A stretch of DNA of 64,000 nucleotides from an uncultured Gammaproteobacteria bacterium (GCA_963714975.1 CAVQQD010000002.1:672001-736000), one strand, 5' to 3'. Positions 18,107 through 28,061 are shown, counted from the first letter of the stretch. Notes: generated from the letters alone by a model not told the origin. A program made the numbers and translations.

Positions 18107-20235
18107 GATATTATACAAATCCCTCTAGCACATTGAATGAATGCAGCTGTCCCCTGGGGAAGTTCAAATTTGTCGTGGTGATTCCTTTGAAAAACCAATG
18201 ATCCTCCACTGTTGATGGCGATGCCATCAAAGTAAATTGGGTCATTAACGGTGATATTTGCGCCATTCCCTCCGACAACGAGCTGCGGGGTATTGGGCCC
18301 AATGACGATAGAGTGGTCGATATATAAGCTTGTTAGTTCGTCTACTGCAAATCCCACGGCGTTATTCTCGAAGATCGAATTACCGACATAGATGCTGAAA
18401 TTATGCGAGGATAAATTATCTGCAATTAAACCGATGCCATTGTTGCTTACATTAGAATTAATGACCGTGAGTTTCGATCGGCCAGTATCATTCAAAGCTA
18501 AAATTCCCGAAGAAATATTATTGGTAATGCTGGAGTTGGTAATAGATAGCCAGGAATTACCTAGTAGATTAAGGTTACTGTAACCTAAACCAAAATTATT
18601 AATGCTGCTGCGGTCCATCACAAAGGTCATAGTACCGGTGGTATTGGTTAATGCCACTCCCGAGCCAATCCCCAGGCCAGATAACTGCGTGCGAAGCAAG
18701 CGAATATTCATATCACCCGAGGAAAGATTTTCTGCGTTAATACCATTCGAATTACCGAACAAAGATGAGTCTTGAATCGTCACATTCAGTTGCGAATCGT
18801 CAAAGAAATTTTGGTCCAGAATTCCTATGCCAAGGTTAAAATTAGTAATGAATGAATGGTCAATCAACACTTCGACATTATCATCGATAGGATTGCTAAT
18901 TAGTATGCCAGTGCTATCAACCAGAGGACCGGCACCTTCTAAGATTAAGTTGCTTAAGCGTGTCGTCCCTTCAGTGGGAACGATGAGGGCATTATTGATA
19001 CCACTCGTATTATTTTGAACTAGATTTAAAGCAGAAAATTGATTATTCCCAAATAAATAGGCGCCATCATTGGCAAAGAAAATAACGGGTAAATTATTGT
19101 CAATGATAGTGGCAGGTTTTTTGTAGCTGTAGTCACGTCCGCTAACATTGTCGTAGGTAAAAAATAGAGCGGGTAATCCATTGCTAGGATCACCATAAAT
19201 TCCAGATTGAATAAAGAAATTACGGTTATTTAAATCATTCGCATTGTCAATATTAGTTTGATTTAAGGCGCAGCGATTTTCATAGGTGCAGTTGCCGTCT
19301 GCAACACCATTGGGCGAGAAAAAGGAAATATTAGAGAGCAATACTCCTTCTTTATCAGTTAGTTTTTTACTTTTTTCGATAGGTTGTGCCGTGGGTGAAT
19401 TACCGGCAATAGACACAAGATTACGTTGAATAGGGTCGACTAGCCGCTGGGTTAAATCGTGGGGCTTGTAGGAATAGTGGCTATTGCGGCCACCTAAGTA
19501 AAGCGTCACTCCACCCTTAAAAACATTATGCGCTTCGGAATCGTAGGTTTCACTGAGGTCAACACTGAGGTAAGAGGTGAGTGGGATGCGCAGCCTGGCA
19601 GATGCTCCAGTAAACGAATCGGCATCTTTAGGACTAAAGTGGTAGCCGCCTAGATAGAGTTCCGGATTATTTTTTAACGGGAGTCGAAACCCCACTTGAG
19701 CATCGCCACCAAATCCTACTGAATTAAAAGTATCTACGAGGCGGTCGTAGGCTTCATGATTAGTAAATCTCAGATATTTATATTCGTCTGTAGATTCAGC
19801 AAAACAAGTACCGGTGGTTGCTCGCCTCGGCCCGACTGGCACATAAAGATTTGCGCTGAAATCGATCCTATCGCCTAGTCGTTCGATTCCGGGGCTAATA
19901 AACCAAAAACCGTGAGTATCGCTGCGGTGATTGTAATCAGCAAAGACATACGCGCCCAGGATACCTGCTTGGGAGTGAAGTTGGCGAAAACCCAATCCTA
20001 GGCTGCCAGTATAATCTTGAGAATTGTGATATTGGGTTTGTGGATCCAGAAAAATAAAGCGATTGGTTTGGCCAAAAACAGGAGCTAGTATATCACCATA
20101 CCCGGTAGTGCCACTGCCGGTAAAACCACTGATGGAAACGCCTGGTGTGAGCGGAAAAGGAGTGTTATCAGAAGCAAATCCATTATGAGCTAGAAGGCAG
20201 CTACTTAACACCAGCAATTTTACCGATGACCTCAT
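18103..20235 (-). CDS. inverse autotransporter-like outer membrane protein with a beta-helix passenger
   Basis: Signal peptide; N-terminal barrel motifs GLGFRQ, LGAYVFADY, SPGIERLG...FSANLYVP, RLVDPIQRN; Asn/Gly/Ile-rich repeats (I.NS.I.NN..GI) in the C-half. Confidence 0.75.
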   Translation of the reverse strand: MRSSVKLLVLSSCLLAHNGFASDNTPFPLTPGVSISGFTGSGTTGYGDILAPVFGQTNRFIFLDPQTQYHNSQDYTGSLGLGFRQLHSQAGILGAYVFADYNHRSDTHGFWFISPGIERLGDRIDFSANLYVPVGPRRATTGTCFAESTDEYKYLRFTNHEAYDRLVDTFNSVGFGGDAQVGFRLPLKNNPELYLGGYHFSPKDADSFTGASARLRIPLTSYLSVDLSETYDSEAHNVFKGGVTLYLGGRNSHYSYKPHDLTQRLVDPIQRNLVSIAGNSPTAQPIEKSKKLTDKEGVLLSNISFFSPNGVADGNCTYENRCALNQTNIDNANDLNNRNFFIQSGIYGDPSNGLPALFFTYDNVSGRDYSYKKPATIIDNNLPVIFFANDGAYLFGNNQFSALNLVQNNTSGINNALIVPTEGTTRLSNLILEGAGPLVDSTGILISNPIDDNVEVLIDHSFITNFNLGIGILDQNFFDDSQLNVTIQDSSLFGNSNGINAENLSSGDMNIRLLRTQLSGLGIGSGVALTNTTGTMTFVMDRSSINNFGLGYSNLNLLGNSWLSITNSSITNNISSGILALNDTGRSKLTVINSNVSNNGIGLIADNLSSHNFSIYVGNSIFENNAVGFAVDELTSLYIDHSIVIGPNTPQLVVGGNGANITVNDPIYFDGIAINSGGSLVFQRNHHDKFELPQGTAAFIQCARGICIIS

Positions 20236-20464
20236 CAGAACGACTCCTTAAGAAATTCTTAACCTTATATCGAAAGCCTAAAGCGAGGTCAAGTATTTTT
20301 CGAGGAACCCCATCCCGGCCAGCGCGCGCTGGGCTCTGTGCCACCCCCTCCTGGCCCCTTTCTTCCTGACTCAGCAGGGGGGAGTGCGTTTGCTGATTAC
20401 TGTCGCTTCTGATGGATATTTTCTGTATTATGTATAGCTCTTACAGTCGTTCCAAGGTGTAACT

Positions 20465-20608
20465 ATGTCAGGCAAATTAAAAATAATGGGAGCTGGTGTT
20501 GCGGGAGCTGGGGTCTATACGATAACAGAGCTTGGATTTTTTGCTAAAAACCACCCGCCAGTTAAGGGTTTGGACTGCTGGGCAGTCGTTTATGCCTTGT
20601 TATTATAG
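20465..20608 (+). CDS. possible 47-aa small ORF or gene remnant
   Basis: AAGGTG SD then MSGKLKIMGAGVAGAGVYTITELGFFAKNHPPVKGLDCWAVVYALLL*. Confidence 0.3.
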   Translation: MSGKLKIMGAGVAGAGVYTITELGFFAKNHPPVKGLDCWAVVYALLL

Positions 20609-20765
20609 TTATGGATGACCTAAAATAACGAAGTGTTTTTCATATTTCTTGCTTATTATTGTCGCTTTTTAGAGATATTTCCTATATTATGTGTAATATT
20701 TTCTATGCTAGGGGGGCTTACTGCCGACTATCCCTCTGCTAGTGACGAGGTGACGGGTGGAGGCA

Positions 20766-20811
20766 CCCATTATCCGGCCTACGGCCACCTTCTCCCACAA
20801 GGGGAGAAGGA
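20766..20811. repeat. boxC-like repeat
   Basis: ATCCGGCCTACGGCCACCTTCTCCCACAAGGGGAGAAGG; same family as 29591 and 43880. Confidence 0.8.
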
Positions 20812-20850
20812 GTAAGGTCGCAAGTGTATGAGAGGGGAGAGGGTTTTTTT

Positions 20851-21032
20851 AACCTAGATTCGGCAGTAGAAACCGTAGCGAGAGGGATTAAGACGTTGAA
20901 GATCTTGATTATTTTTAAATTTTTTTCTTGAAGGCGTACTCACCCGTACGGTGAAAGAAAAAAATATAAAAATAAGCGAGAGATTCAATGTATTAAGCCC
21001 TCACAGTAGGTTTCTACTGCCGAATCTAGGTT
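20851..21032. mobile_element. MITE-like palindromic element with 24-bp terminal inverted repeats
   Basis: AACCTAGATTCGGCAGTAGAAACC (20851-20874) and its exact reverse complement (21009-21032); the interior is an imperfect palindrome. Confidence 0.8.
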
Positions 21033-21051
21033 TAACAGTGTGGAGAAGGTA

Positions 21052-22761
21052 ATGACACAACTAACAGGCGCTCAAGCGATTATGCAATCTTTACTCGGTG
21101 AAGGCGTCGACATTTTATTTGGTTATCCTGGAGGGGCGATTATGCCAACCTACGATGCCTTATATGATGTTCAGTCGCAATTGCGGCATATACTGGTCCG
21201 ACACGAACAAGGCGCCGTTCATGCGGCTGAGGGTTATGCCAGAGCCTGTGGTAAACCTGGGGTTTGCTTGGTCACTTCAGGCCCAGGGGCCACTAATCTT
21301 ATTACCGGCATTGCTGATGCCATGCTAGATTCTGTCCCCGTGGTATGTATTACTGGCCAAGTGAGCAGTGTTTATTTAGGAACCGATGCCTTTCAAGAAG
21401 CCGATATTATTGGAATTTCCCTTCCTGTCACCAAGTGGAATTATCAAATTACCTGCGCTGACGAAATCCCAGTGGCAATTGCGAAAGCATTTTATATTGC
21501 CCGCTCGGGTCGCCCGGGCCCGGTTTTACTCGATATGACCAAAGATGCCCAATTAGGTTTGCTGGATTTTGCTTATAAACCCTATGTAAGCCCGAAAAAA
21601 ACCCTTGACGCTACCACGAATGCTAGTCAGTGGCAGGAAAAAATAACTCATGCGATGCAATTAATTAATCAGGCAACTAAGCCATTATTATTGGTAGGGC
21701 ATGGGGTGTTATTATCTGGAGCCATGGAGGAATTAACGCAATTTGCCGAAAAAGCCAATATTCCAGTGGCTTGTACCTTGTTAGGCTTATCAGCATTTCC
21801 TACAGATCATCCTTTATACGTTGGCATGTTAGGTATGCATGGAAATTATGGTCCTAATTTATTGACTAATCAGGCCGATGTTATTATTGCAGTGGGGATG
21901 CGCTTTGATGACCGAGTGACTGGAAATTTAAATTCTTATGCCAAACAAGCTAAAATCATTCATATTGATATTGACCCGGCTGAAATTAATAAAAATGTTT
22001 CGGTCGATGTTGCCTTGTTAGCGGATGCCAAGCAGGCATTGCAAGCACTACTGCATCATGTCGACGCAACTCGTTGTCCACAACAACATGAACGGTGGAT
22101 TGGTGAGTTTAAATCTTGTTATGATCAAGAATATCAGCAGGTCATTACCCATGAAATTTCCCCCAAAGGGCCGCAAATTAAGATGGCCGCTGTGATCCAT
22201 GAATTGGCGAGAAAAACTAAGGGTGAATCTGTGCTCGTGACCGATGTTGGGCAGCATCAAATGATAGCGGCACGTTATTATCAGTTTAGAAGGACTAATG
22301 CGCATATCACTTCAGGGGGTTTAGGCACGATGGGATTTGCTTTGCCCGCAGCAATTGGGGCTAAATTGGCAAATATGTCCCAGCAGGTCATTGCAATCAT
22401 CGGGGATGGTGGTTTCCAAATGAATATCCAAGAGTTAGGCGTGATTGCTCAGGAAAGCCTGCCGGTAAAGATAATTATATTAAACAACAATCACTTGGGC
22501 ATGGTTCGACAGTGGCAGGAGTTATTTTTTGAACAACGCTATTCCTTTGTGCACTTAAAAAATCCTGATTTCATTAAAATTACTGAGGGATATGGCATTG
22601 AAGCGCATCGTATCTCTGATATTACTGATTTATCGGCAGGTTTAGATCGATTATTAGCGGCTGAAGGCCCTTATTTATTGGAAGTTGTCGTCGAAAAAGA
22701 GGAAAATATGTTCCCCATGATTCCAGCGGGAACCGGGGTAGGTGAAATTCGTTTATCATAG
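21052..22761 (+). CDS. ilvB: acetolactate synthase large subunit
   Basis: FGYPGGAIMP, RHEQGA, TSGPGATN, GMRFDDRVTG, TDVGQHQM, GDGGFQMN, LGMVRQWQE. Confidence 0.95.
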   Translation: MTQLTGAQAIMQSLLGEGVDILFGYPGGAIMPTYDALYDVQSQLRHILVRHEQGAVHAAEGYARACGKPGVCLVTSGPGATNLITGIADAMLDSVPVVCITGQVSSVYLGTDAFQEADIIGISLPVTKWNYQITCADEIPVAIAKAFYIARSGRPGPVLLDMTKDAQLGLLDFAYKPYVSPKKTLDATTNASQWQEKITHAMQLINQATKPLLLVGHGVLLSGAMEELTQFAEKANIPVACTLLGLSAFPTDHPLYVGMLGMHGNYGPNLLTNQADVIIAVGMRFDDRVTGNLNSYAKQAKIIHIDIDPAEINKNVSVDVALLADAKQALQALLHHVDATRCPQQHERWIGEFKSCYDQEYQQVITHEISPKGPQIKMAAVIHELARKTKGESVLVTDVGQHQMIAARYYQFRRTNAHITSGGLGTMGFALPAAIGAKLANMSQQVIAIIGDGGFQMNIQELGVIAQESLPVKIIILNNNHLGMVRQWQELFFEQRYSFVHLKNPDFIKITEGYGIEAHRISDITDLSAGLDRLLAAEGPYLLEVVVEKEENMFPMIPAGTGVGEIRLS

Positions 22762-22769
22762 GAACTTTT

Positions 22770-23027
22770 ATGCAATATATTTATGCCATTTCAATCATCA
22801 CTGAGAATGCCTTGCGCGTTTTGCAGCGTATGGCCGGCATTTTTGCCCGTCATCGGGTCAATATTGAACAAATGCATGTTTTTGAAACCAGCAATAAAGG
22901 GATCTCATATTTCAATGTGGTCATCCACAGTGATGATAAAACGACAACTAGAGTCATTATGCAATTACAAAGAATTTTTGAATTCGTCGAGGTCAAAATT
23001 AATAGTAAAATTGCTATTAAGCAATAA
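22770..23027 (+). CDS. ilvN: acetolactate synthase small (ACT) subunit
   Basis: EN..VLQR.AGIFAR..VNIE ACT pattern; lies between ilvB and ilvC. Confidence 0.85.
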   Translation: MQYIYAISIITENALRVLQRMAGIFARHRVNIEQMHVFETSNKGISYFNVVIHSDDKTTTRVIMQLQRIFEFVEVKINSKIAIKQ

Positions 23028-23028
23028 A

Positions 23029-23110
23029 CCATGGGCTTAATAAGCCCATGGGCAAAGCAATGGGGGTTAACCAAGGGGGAGAGAAGCAGTTCTCCCCCTT
23101 GGGCAAGCCC
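23029..23110. repeat. two intergenic hairpins
   Basis: CCATGGGCTTA-A-TAAGCCCATGG and CCAAGGGGGAGA...TCTCCCCCTTGG. Confidence 0.6.
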
Positions 23111-23170
23111 TTGGATTCATTCCAAGGACGCAGTGTAAACAATCAATCAATGAGTAAGGAGAAAAACTTC

Positions 23171-24220
23171 ATGCCTAATATCAAATTTGGTAGTGACTAT
23201 GAAAATGTGGTAACCCGTGACGAATTTCCATTAAATCGAGCTCTGGAAGTTCTCAAAGATCAAGTGATTGCGATTATAGGTTATGGGGTGCAAGGGCCTG
23301 CGCAAGCACTGAATTTAAAAGACAATGGCTTTAAGGTGATTATTGGGCAAAGACAAGATTCAGCGTCTTGGGATAAGGCAGTGAGCGATGGTTGGGTTCC
23401 TGATAAAGATTTATTTTCCATTGAAAAGGCCTGTGAAAAAGCCACTTTTATTTGCTACTTACTCTCTGATGCGGCACAAATCCAGTGGTGGTCAGAGGTC
23501 AAAAAATATTTAACTGCTGGTAAGACCCTATATTTTTCTCATGGATTTGGAGTGACCTATAGCGATAAAACCGGAATTGTCCCCCCCAAAGACATTGATG
23601 TAATTTTAGTTGCTCCTAAAGGGGCAGGTCGTAGTGTCCGTAAATTATTTTTAGCCGGGCAAGGTATTAATTCCAGCTATGCGGTATATCAGGATAATTC
23701 GGGCAATGCCAGAGAAAAAGCCTTGGCTTTTGGTATTGGCATTGGTTCGGGTTATTTATTTGAAACTACCTTTAAGAGGGAAGTATATAGTGATTTAACT
23801 GGGGAGCGCGGTACTCTGATGGGCGCTTTAGCTGGGATAATTAAGGCTCAGTACAAAGTCTTACGCAAACATGGGCATACCCCGAGTGAGGCATTTAATG
23901 AAACGGTTGAAGAACTCACCCAAAGTTTAGGACCTTTATTAGCAGAAAGCGGTATGGATTGGTTATATAGAAATTGTTCTACCACTGCCCAGCGTGGGGC
24001 ACTCGATTGGCTGCCTCGTTTTGAAGCTGCCGTCACTCCAGTTTTCGAGTCATTGTATGAAAGCGTAGAAAATGGCACAGAAGCAGAGGTTGTCATTAAG
24101 GCGAATAGCCAACCGGATTATAAGGAAAAGCTAAATCAAGAATTGGAAGTGATGGCTAATGAAGAGCTATGGCAGGCAGGTCGAGAAGTCAGAAAATTGC
24201 GTCCAGTAACTAAAACGTAA
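23171..24220 (+). CDS. ilvC: ketol-acid reductoisomerase
   Basis: IIGYGVQGPAQALNL, LYFSHGF, VAPKG, EVYSDLTGERG.LMG, NCSTTAQRGALDW; start at MPNIKFG after AAGGAG. Confidence 0.94.
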   Translation: MPNIKFGSDYENVVTRDEFPLNRALEVLKDQVIAIIGYGVQGPAQALNLKDNGFKVIIGQRQDSASWDKAVSDGWVPDKDLFSIEKACEKATFICYLLSDAAQIQWWSEVKKYLTAGKTLYFSHGFGVTYSDKTGIVPPKDIDVILVAPKGAGRSVRKLFLAGQGINSSYAVYQDNSGNAREKALAFGIGIGSGYLFETTFKREVYSDLTGERGTLMGALAGIIKAQYKVLRKHGHTPSEAFNETVEELTQSLGPLLAESGMDWLYRNCSTTAQRGALDWLPRFEAAVTPVFESLYESVENGTEAEVVIKANSQPDYKEKLNQELEVMANEELWQAGREVRKLRPVTKT

Positions 24221-24230
24221 TTACTCACGC

Positions 24231-24370
24231 CGTCGTCCTGGCATGGATGCGTAACGTCGTCCCTGCAGGATGCAGAGATCCAGTTCATCAGGATGTGAAA
24301 GATTCGCCTCCTGCGCCGTGGATCCCGGCATTCATGCCGGGACGACGTTACGCCTCCTGCAGAGACGACG
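24231..24370. repeat. CGTC-type palindromic element
   Basis: CGTCGTCC...GGACGACG arms; homologous (inverted) to 5096-5189. The ORF-track N-terminal extension of the next gene is this repeat. Confidence 0.78.
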
Positions 24371-24390
24371 TGCTTAAAATGGCGATGATT

Positions 24391-26178
24391 ATGTACCAAC
24401 TTATTGATTTTATAACTAAAAAACCAGTTCAAGCTCGAGGTTTTGTATTTACTGGAGAACAATCTCCATGGGAAGTTTCCATGGAGATGAAAGCCGTCGC
24501 GGTCAAAATAAATTTGGATTATTTTAAAACTTCTCCTCCCGGGCTTTCTAAGTATTTGCCCCTGATGCCCATTAAAGCCATAGCAAAATTTATCTCGTTA
24601 AATGAAGCCGCTACTCCTCTCATTAAAAGTAAAGTTTTAGGAGCGAAATTAAACCTAGATTTGTATTTTAAAGTAGAAGGGAAAAATCCCACCGGTTCTT
24701 TTAAAGATCGTGGTTCTGCAGTGGATATTTCCATTGCTCGTGAGTTAGGAGCGGAGGGCATTGTCCTTGCTTCGACGGGTAATATGGCAGCTTCCTGTGC
24801 TTGTTATGCCGCAGCGGCAAAAATGCCGTGTTTTATCTTAATCCCTGAAGGAGTGCCGGTAGGTAAGTTGGCGCAAGTGCTTGCTTTTGGTGGCCATGTA
24901 ATTCAGGTGAAGGGCAATTACAACGATGCGGCTCAGTTAGCGCAGAGGATCGCCGAAGAAATGGGGTTTTATTTAGCGGGCGATTATGCTTATCGAGTGG
25001 AAGGTCAAAAAACTGCCGCTTTTGAAGTCATTGATCAACTATTTTTTCAGGTACCCGATTGGGTGGTGGTGCCCATGGGTTGTGGCACTAATATTACCGC
25101 CTATGCTAAGGGGTTTAAAGATTACAAAGATTTGGGCTTAATAGAAAAACAGCCCCGATTACTGGGGATTCAGGCCGAAGGGGCGGCAGCCATTGTGCAG
25201 AGTTTTCAGGCGGGGAGAACCACCATTGAAGCGTTTTCAAGCGCTAACACTTTGGCGTCTGCCATTGCTGTGCCCAATCCTCTAGATGGAATTAAAGCTT
25301 TGGATGCGATTTATTCTTCGGAAGGCTCAGCAATGTCGGTGACTGATCAAGAAATATTGGAGGCACAATATTTGCTTTCTACCGAAGAAGGCTTGTTTGT
25401 AGAAAGCGCTTCTGCTACTACAGTGGCTGCTTTACTAAAGGCCGCAAGAAATGGCCAGGGAATTGAAGGGCGGGTGGTGTGTGTGTTAACCGGTGATGGT
25501 TTGAAAGATGCCAATGTAATCCTGCGAGCTGCGGTTAAACCGGTGACCATTTATCCAGAGATAGATGAATTTTTACTGCTCTACAAAAATAACTTTTTTA
25601 ATAATAAAAATATGATTTTTGTTGAGAAGAACCAGGTTCTTTTTGCTGCTGACCCCAGCTTAGAGCAAATTGAAGAGCAAACAATGTCTTTGCTCGGCGC
25701 GCATTATTCGCAAGAGTATTTGCTGAAGATTAAGGATATTTTGAGCAAAATTTTGCAGAAAGGAAAGAAAATCACTGTATCGGATTTCCAAGACAGTGTC
25801 CAAGATGCTTTGGGCACTCCCCACGTTTCAGGCACCGCAGTATTTTCAGTCATTGATTTTATGGTCACCACTGGGAAAGATCGGATGCCCAAGGCAACAG
25901 TCACGGTTAAAATCGGTGGACAAGAAAAAACTGCTGCCTCTGAGGGTGTTGGCCCTGTGGATGCTGTGATTAAGTCATTGATCCAAGCTTGTGGAGAAAA
26001 GATTGACTTTACCTTGACTGATTATAAGGTGGAAATTCGTAGTCAAGGGGTTGATGCAGTTGTTTATGTCGAATTGAAATTGATGAAAGGAAACAATTTT
26101 TCTTTGGGACGAGGGGTGTCACCTGATATTATCCAAGCTTCGATTGAGGCTTTTGAAGCAGCTTATAATGGCTTTTAA
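24391..26178 (+). CDS. threonine synthase-like PLP enzyme fused to a C-terminal LeuA (2-isopropylmalate synthase) regulatory domain
   Basis: KVEGKNPTGSFKDRG, ASTGNMAAS, EGQKT, VPMGCGTN, LTGDGLKD; C-terminus ATV.V...G.GPVDA...LTDYKV...G.DA...G.G.S.DIIQAS.EA. Start is one of ATG 24379, 24385 or 24391. Confidence 0.88.
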   Translation: MYQLIDFITKKPVQARGFVFTGEQSPWEVSMEMKAVAVKINLDYFKTSPPGLSKYLPLMPIKAIAKFISLNEAATPLIKSKVLGAKLNLDLYFKVEGKNPTGSFKDRGSAVDISIARELGAEGIVLASTGNMAASCACYAAAAKMPCFILIPEGVPVGKLAQVLAFGGHVIQVKGNYNDAAQLAQRIAEEMGFYLAGDYAYRVEGQKTAAFEVIDQLFFQVPDWVVVPMGCGTNITAYAKGFKDYKDLGLIEKQPRLLGIQAEGAAAIVQSFQAGRTTIEAFSSANTLASAIAVPNPLDGIKALDAIYSSEGSAMSVTDQEILEAQYLLSTEEGLFVESASATTVAALLKAARNGQGIEGRVVCVLTGDGLKDANVILRAAVKPVTIYPEIDEFLLLYKNNFFNNKNMIFVEKNQVLFAADPSLEQIEEQTMSLLGAHYSQEYLLKIKDILSKILQKGKKITVSDFQDSVQDALGTPHVSGTAVFSVIDFMVTTGKDRMPKATVTVKIGGQEKTAASEGVGPVDAVIKSLIQACGEKIDFTLTDYKVEIRSQGVDAVVYVELKLMKGNNFSLGRGVSPDIIQASIEAFEAAYNGF

Positions 26179-26181
26179 AAT

Positions 26182-26291
26182 TCCTTTTCCCCTTGTGGGA
26201 GAAGGTGCCGAAGGGCGGATGAGGGGGTAAATGGCCCCCTCTCCCTAACCCTCTCCCACCTTCCCTCGCAAGCTCGGGTGGGGGAGAGGGG
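26182..26291. repeat. two boxC-like repeats in inverted arrangement
   Basis: CCTTTTCCCCTTGTGGGAGAAGGTGCCGAAGGGCGGATGAGGGG then CCCTCTCCCTAACCCTCTCCCACC...GGGGAGAGGGG. Confidence 0.85.
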
Positions 26292-26315
26292 AAGTGTTCA
26301 TTTAGAGGATTTACC

Positions 26316-27995
26316 ATGTCACAACTTAATAAATACAGCGCCAAACTAACTCAGACACCTTCGCAAGGGGCTTCACAGGCAATGCTATATGCGACTGGTC
26401 TCACTGAGGATGATTTACGCAAAGCGCAAGTAGGTATTGCGAGCATGTGGTATGAAGGCAATCCCTGCAATATGCATCTGTTAGATTTGGCTCAACAGGT
26501 CAAGGTAGGGGTGAGGGAAGCTGATCTGGTGGGGATGCGATTTAATACCATTGGCGTCAGTGATGGTATTTCCATGGGAACAGAAGGGATGCGTTATTCT
26601 TTGCCATCACGCGATTTAATTGCCGATTCCATTGAGACCGCCATGGGGGCGCATTGGTACGATGCGCTGATCGCCATCCCAGGTTGTGATAAAAATATGC
26701 CAGGCTGCGTGATAGCGATGGCGCGTTTAAACCGTCCTAGCTTAATGATTTATGGTGGTACTATCAGAGCTGGGCACATTGACCATAACACCATCGATGT
26801 GGTGACCGCATTTCAATGTTATGGTGAATTTCTTAGTGGCAAAATAGACGATCAGCAGCGCCGGGCTATTATAAAACATGCCTGCCCAGGGGCAGGGGCT
26901 TGTGGTGGGATGTTTACTGCCAATACTATGGCCTGTGCTATTGAGGCTTTGGGTATGAGCTTACCCTATAGTTCTTCTACCCCCGCAACCGATCCAGGGA
27001 AACTGCAAGAGTGTTTGCGCGCAGGTCAGGCTATCCGATATTTACTGGAAAAAGACCTTAAGCCCAAAGATATTATGACGCGGCGCGCCTTTGAAAATGC
27101 CATGGTTTTGATTGTCATATTAGGGGGATCTACCAATGGAATCCTACATTTACTGGCGATGGCACATGCCGCAGGAGTTCCTCTGGAATTGAGTGATTTT
27201 CAAAAAGTCAGTGATCGAACCCCGTTATTAGCTGATTTTAGGCCCAGCGGAAAATTTCTCATGGAGGATTTACAACGTTATGGTGGGACGCCAGCCGTGT
27301 TAAAAATGCTATTAAAGGCGGGTCGCATCGATGGGGATTGTTTAACGGTAACCGGAAAAACTTTGGCAGAAAATCTTGCTAATGTGCCAGATTTAGCCGT
27401 GGATCAACCTATTGTTCATTCTTTTGCGAATCCATTAAAGCCGACCGGGCATTTACAAATATTAAAGGGCAATCTGGCTCCTGATGGTTCTGTGGCTAAG
27501 ATTACCGGCAAAGAGGGTTTGTATTTTAGTGGTCCTGCTCGGGTATTTGACTCAGAGCAGGCTATGGTTGAAGCATTTGAACAACAGAAAATTGCCAAGG
27601 GCGATGTGATTGTAATTCGTTATGCTGGACCCAAGGGCGGTCCAGGGATGCCGGAGATGCTAAAGCCCACTTCGATGTTGATGGGAGCTGGCTGGGGAAA
27701 AGATGTCGCATTGATTACCGATGGGCGCTTTTCAGGCGGGTCACATGGCTTTATCGTGGGTCATATTTCTCCCGAAGCCCAAGTCGGGGGTCCGATTGCT
27801 TTAATTAAGGATGGGGATCGTATTACTATTGATGTAGAGCAAAATTCTATCCAAGTGGAGTTAACGCCTGAGGAATTGGCGGAACGTTATAAATTATGGA
27901 AAATGCCTCCTTTCAAGGTAAACCAAGGCCAATTATTTAAGTACATTAAAAATGTCTCATCGGCTAGTTTAGGATGTATTACAGATGGACAGTAG
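26316..27995 (+). CDS. ilvD: dihydroxy-acid dehydratase
   Basis: [58 protein letters not shown]. Confidence 0.96.
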   Translation: MSQLNKYSAKLTQTPSQGASQAMLYATGLTEDDLRKAQVGIASMWYEGNPCNMHLLDLAQQVKVGVREADLVGMRFNTIGVSDGISMGTEGMRYSLPSRDLIADSIETAMGAHWYDALIAIPGCDKNMPGCVIAMARLNRPSLMIYGGTIRAGHIDHNTIDVVTAFQCYGEFLSGKIDDQQRRAIIKHACPGAGACGGMFTANTMACAIEALGMSLPYSSSTPATDPGKLQECLRAGQAIRYLLEKDLKPKDIMTRRAFENAMVLIVILGGSTNGILHLLAMAHAAGVPLELSDFQKVSDRTPLLADFRPSGKFLMEDLQRYGGTPAVLKMLLKAGRIDGDCLTVTGKTLAENLANVPDLAVDQPIVHSFANPLKPTGHLQILKGNLAPDGSVAKITGKEGLYFSGPARVFDSEQAMVEAFEQQKIAKGDVIVIRYAGPKGGPGMPEMLKPTSMLMGAGWGKDVALITDGRFSGGSHGFIVGHISPEAQVGGPIALIKDGDRITIDVEQNSIQVELTPEELAERYKLWKMPPFKVNQGQLFKYIKNVSSASLGCITDGQ

Positions 27996-28002
27996 GCTTT
28001 AA

Positions 28003-28061
28003 TCCCCTCTCCCCCCCGAGCGTTAGCGAGGGAAGGTGGGAGAGGGTCAGGGAGAGGGGGT
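28003..28061. repeat. boxC-like repeat
   Basis: Near copy of 10061-10120; its purine arm sits where the SD of the next gene is expected. Confidence 0.85.

Noticed and set aside
20633-20850. ilvB attenuator or leader peptide
   Set aside because: The 60-aa ORF has no SD or run of Ile/Leu/Val control codons and its end is a boxC-like repeat; the T-run at 20844-20850 lacks a clean adjacent stem.
24247-24378. N-terminal extension of the ThrC-LeuA fusion (likewise 23048-23170 for IlvC)
   Set aside because: Both extensions are translations of palindromic repeats.
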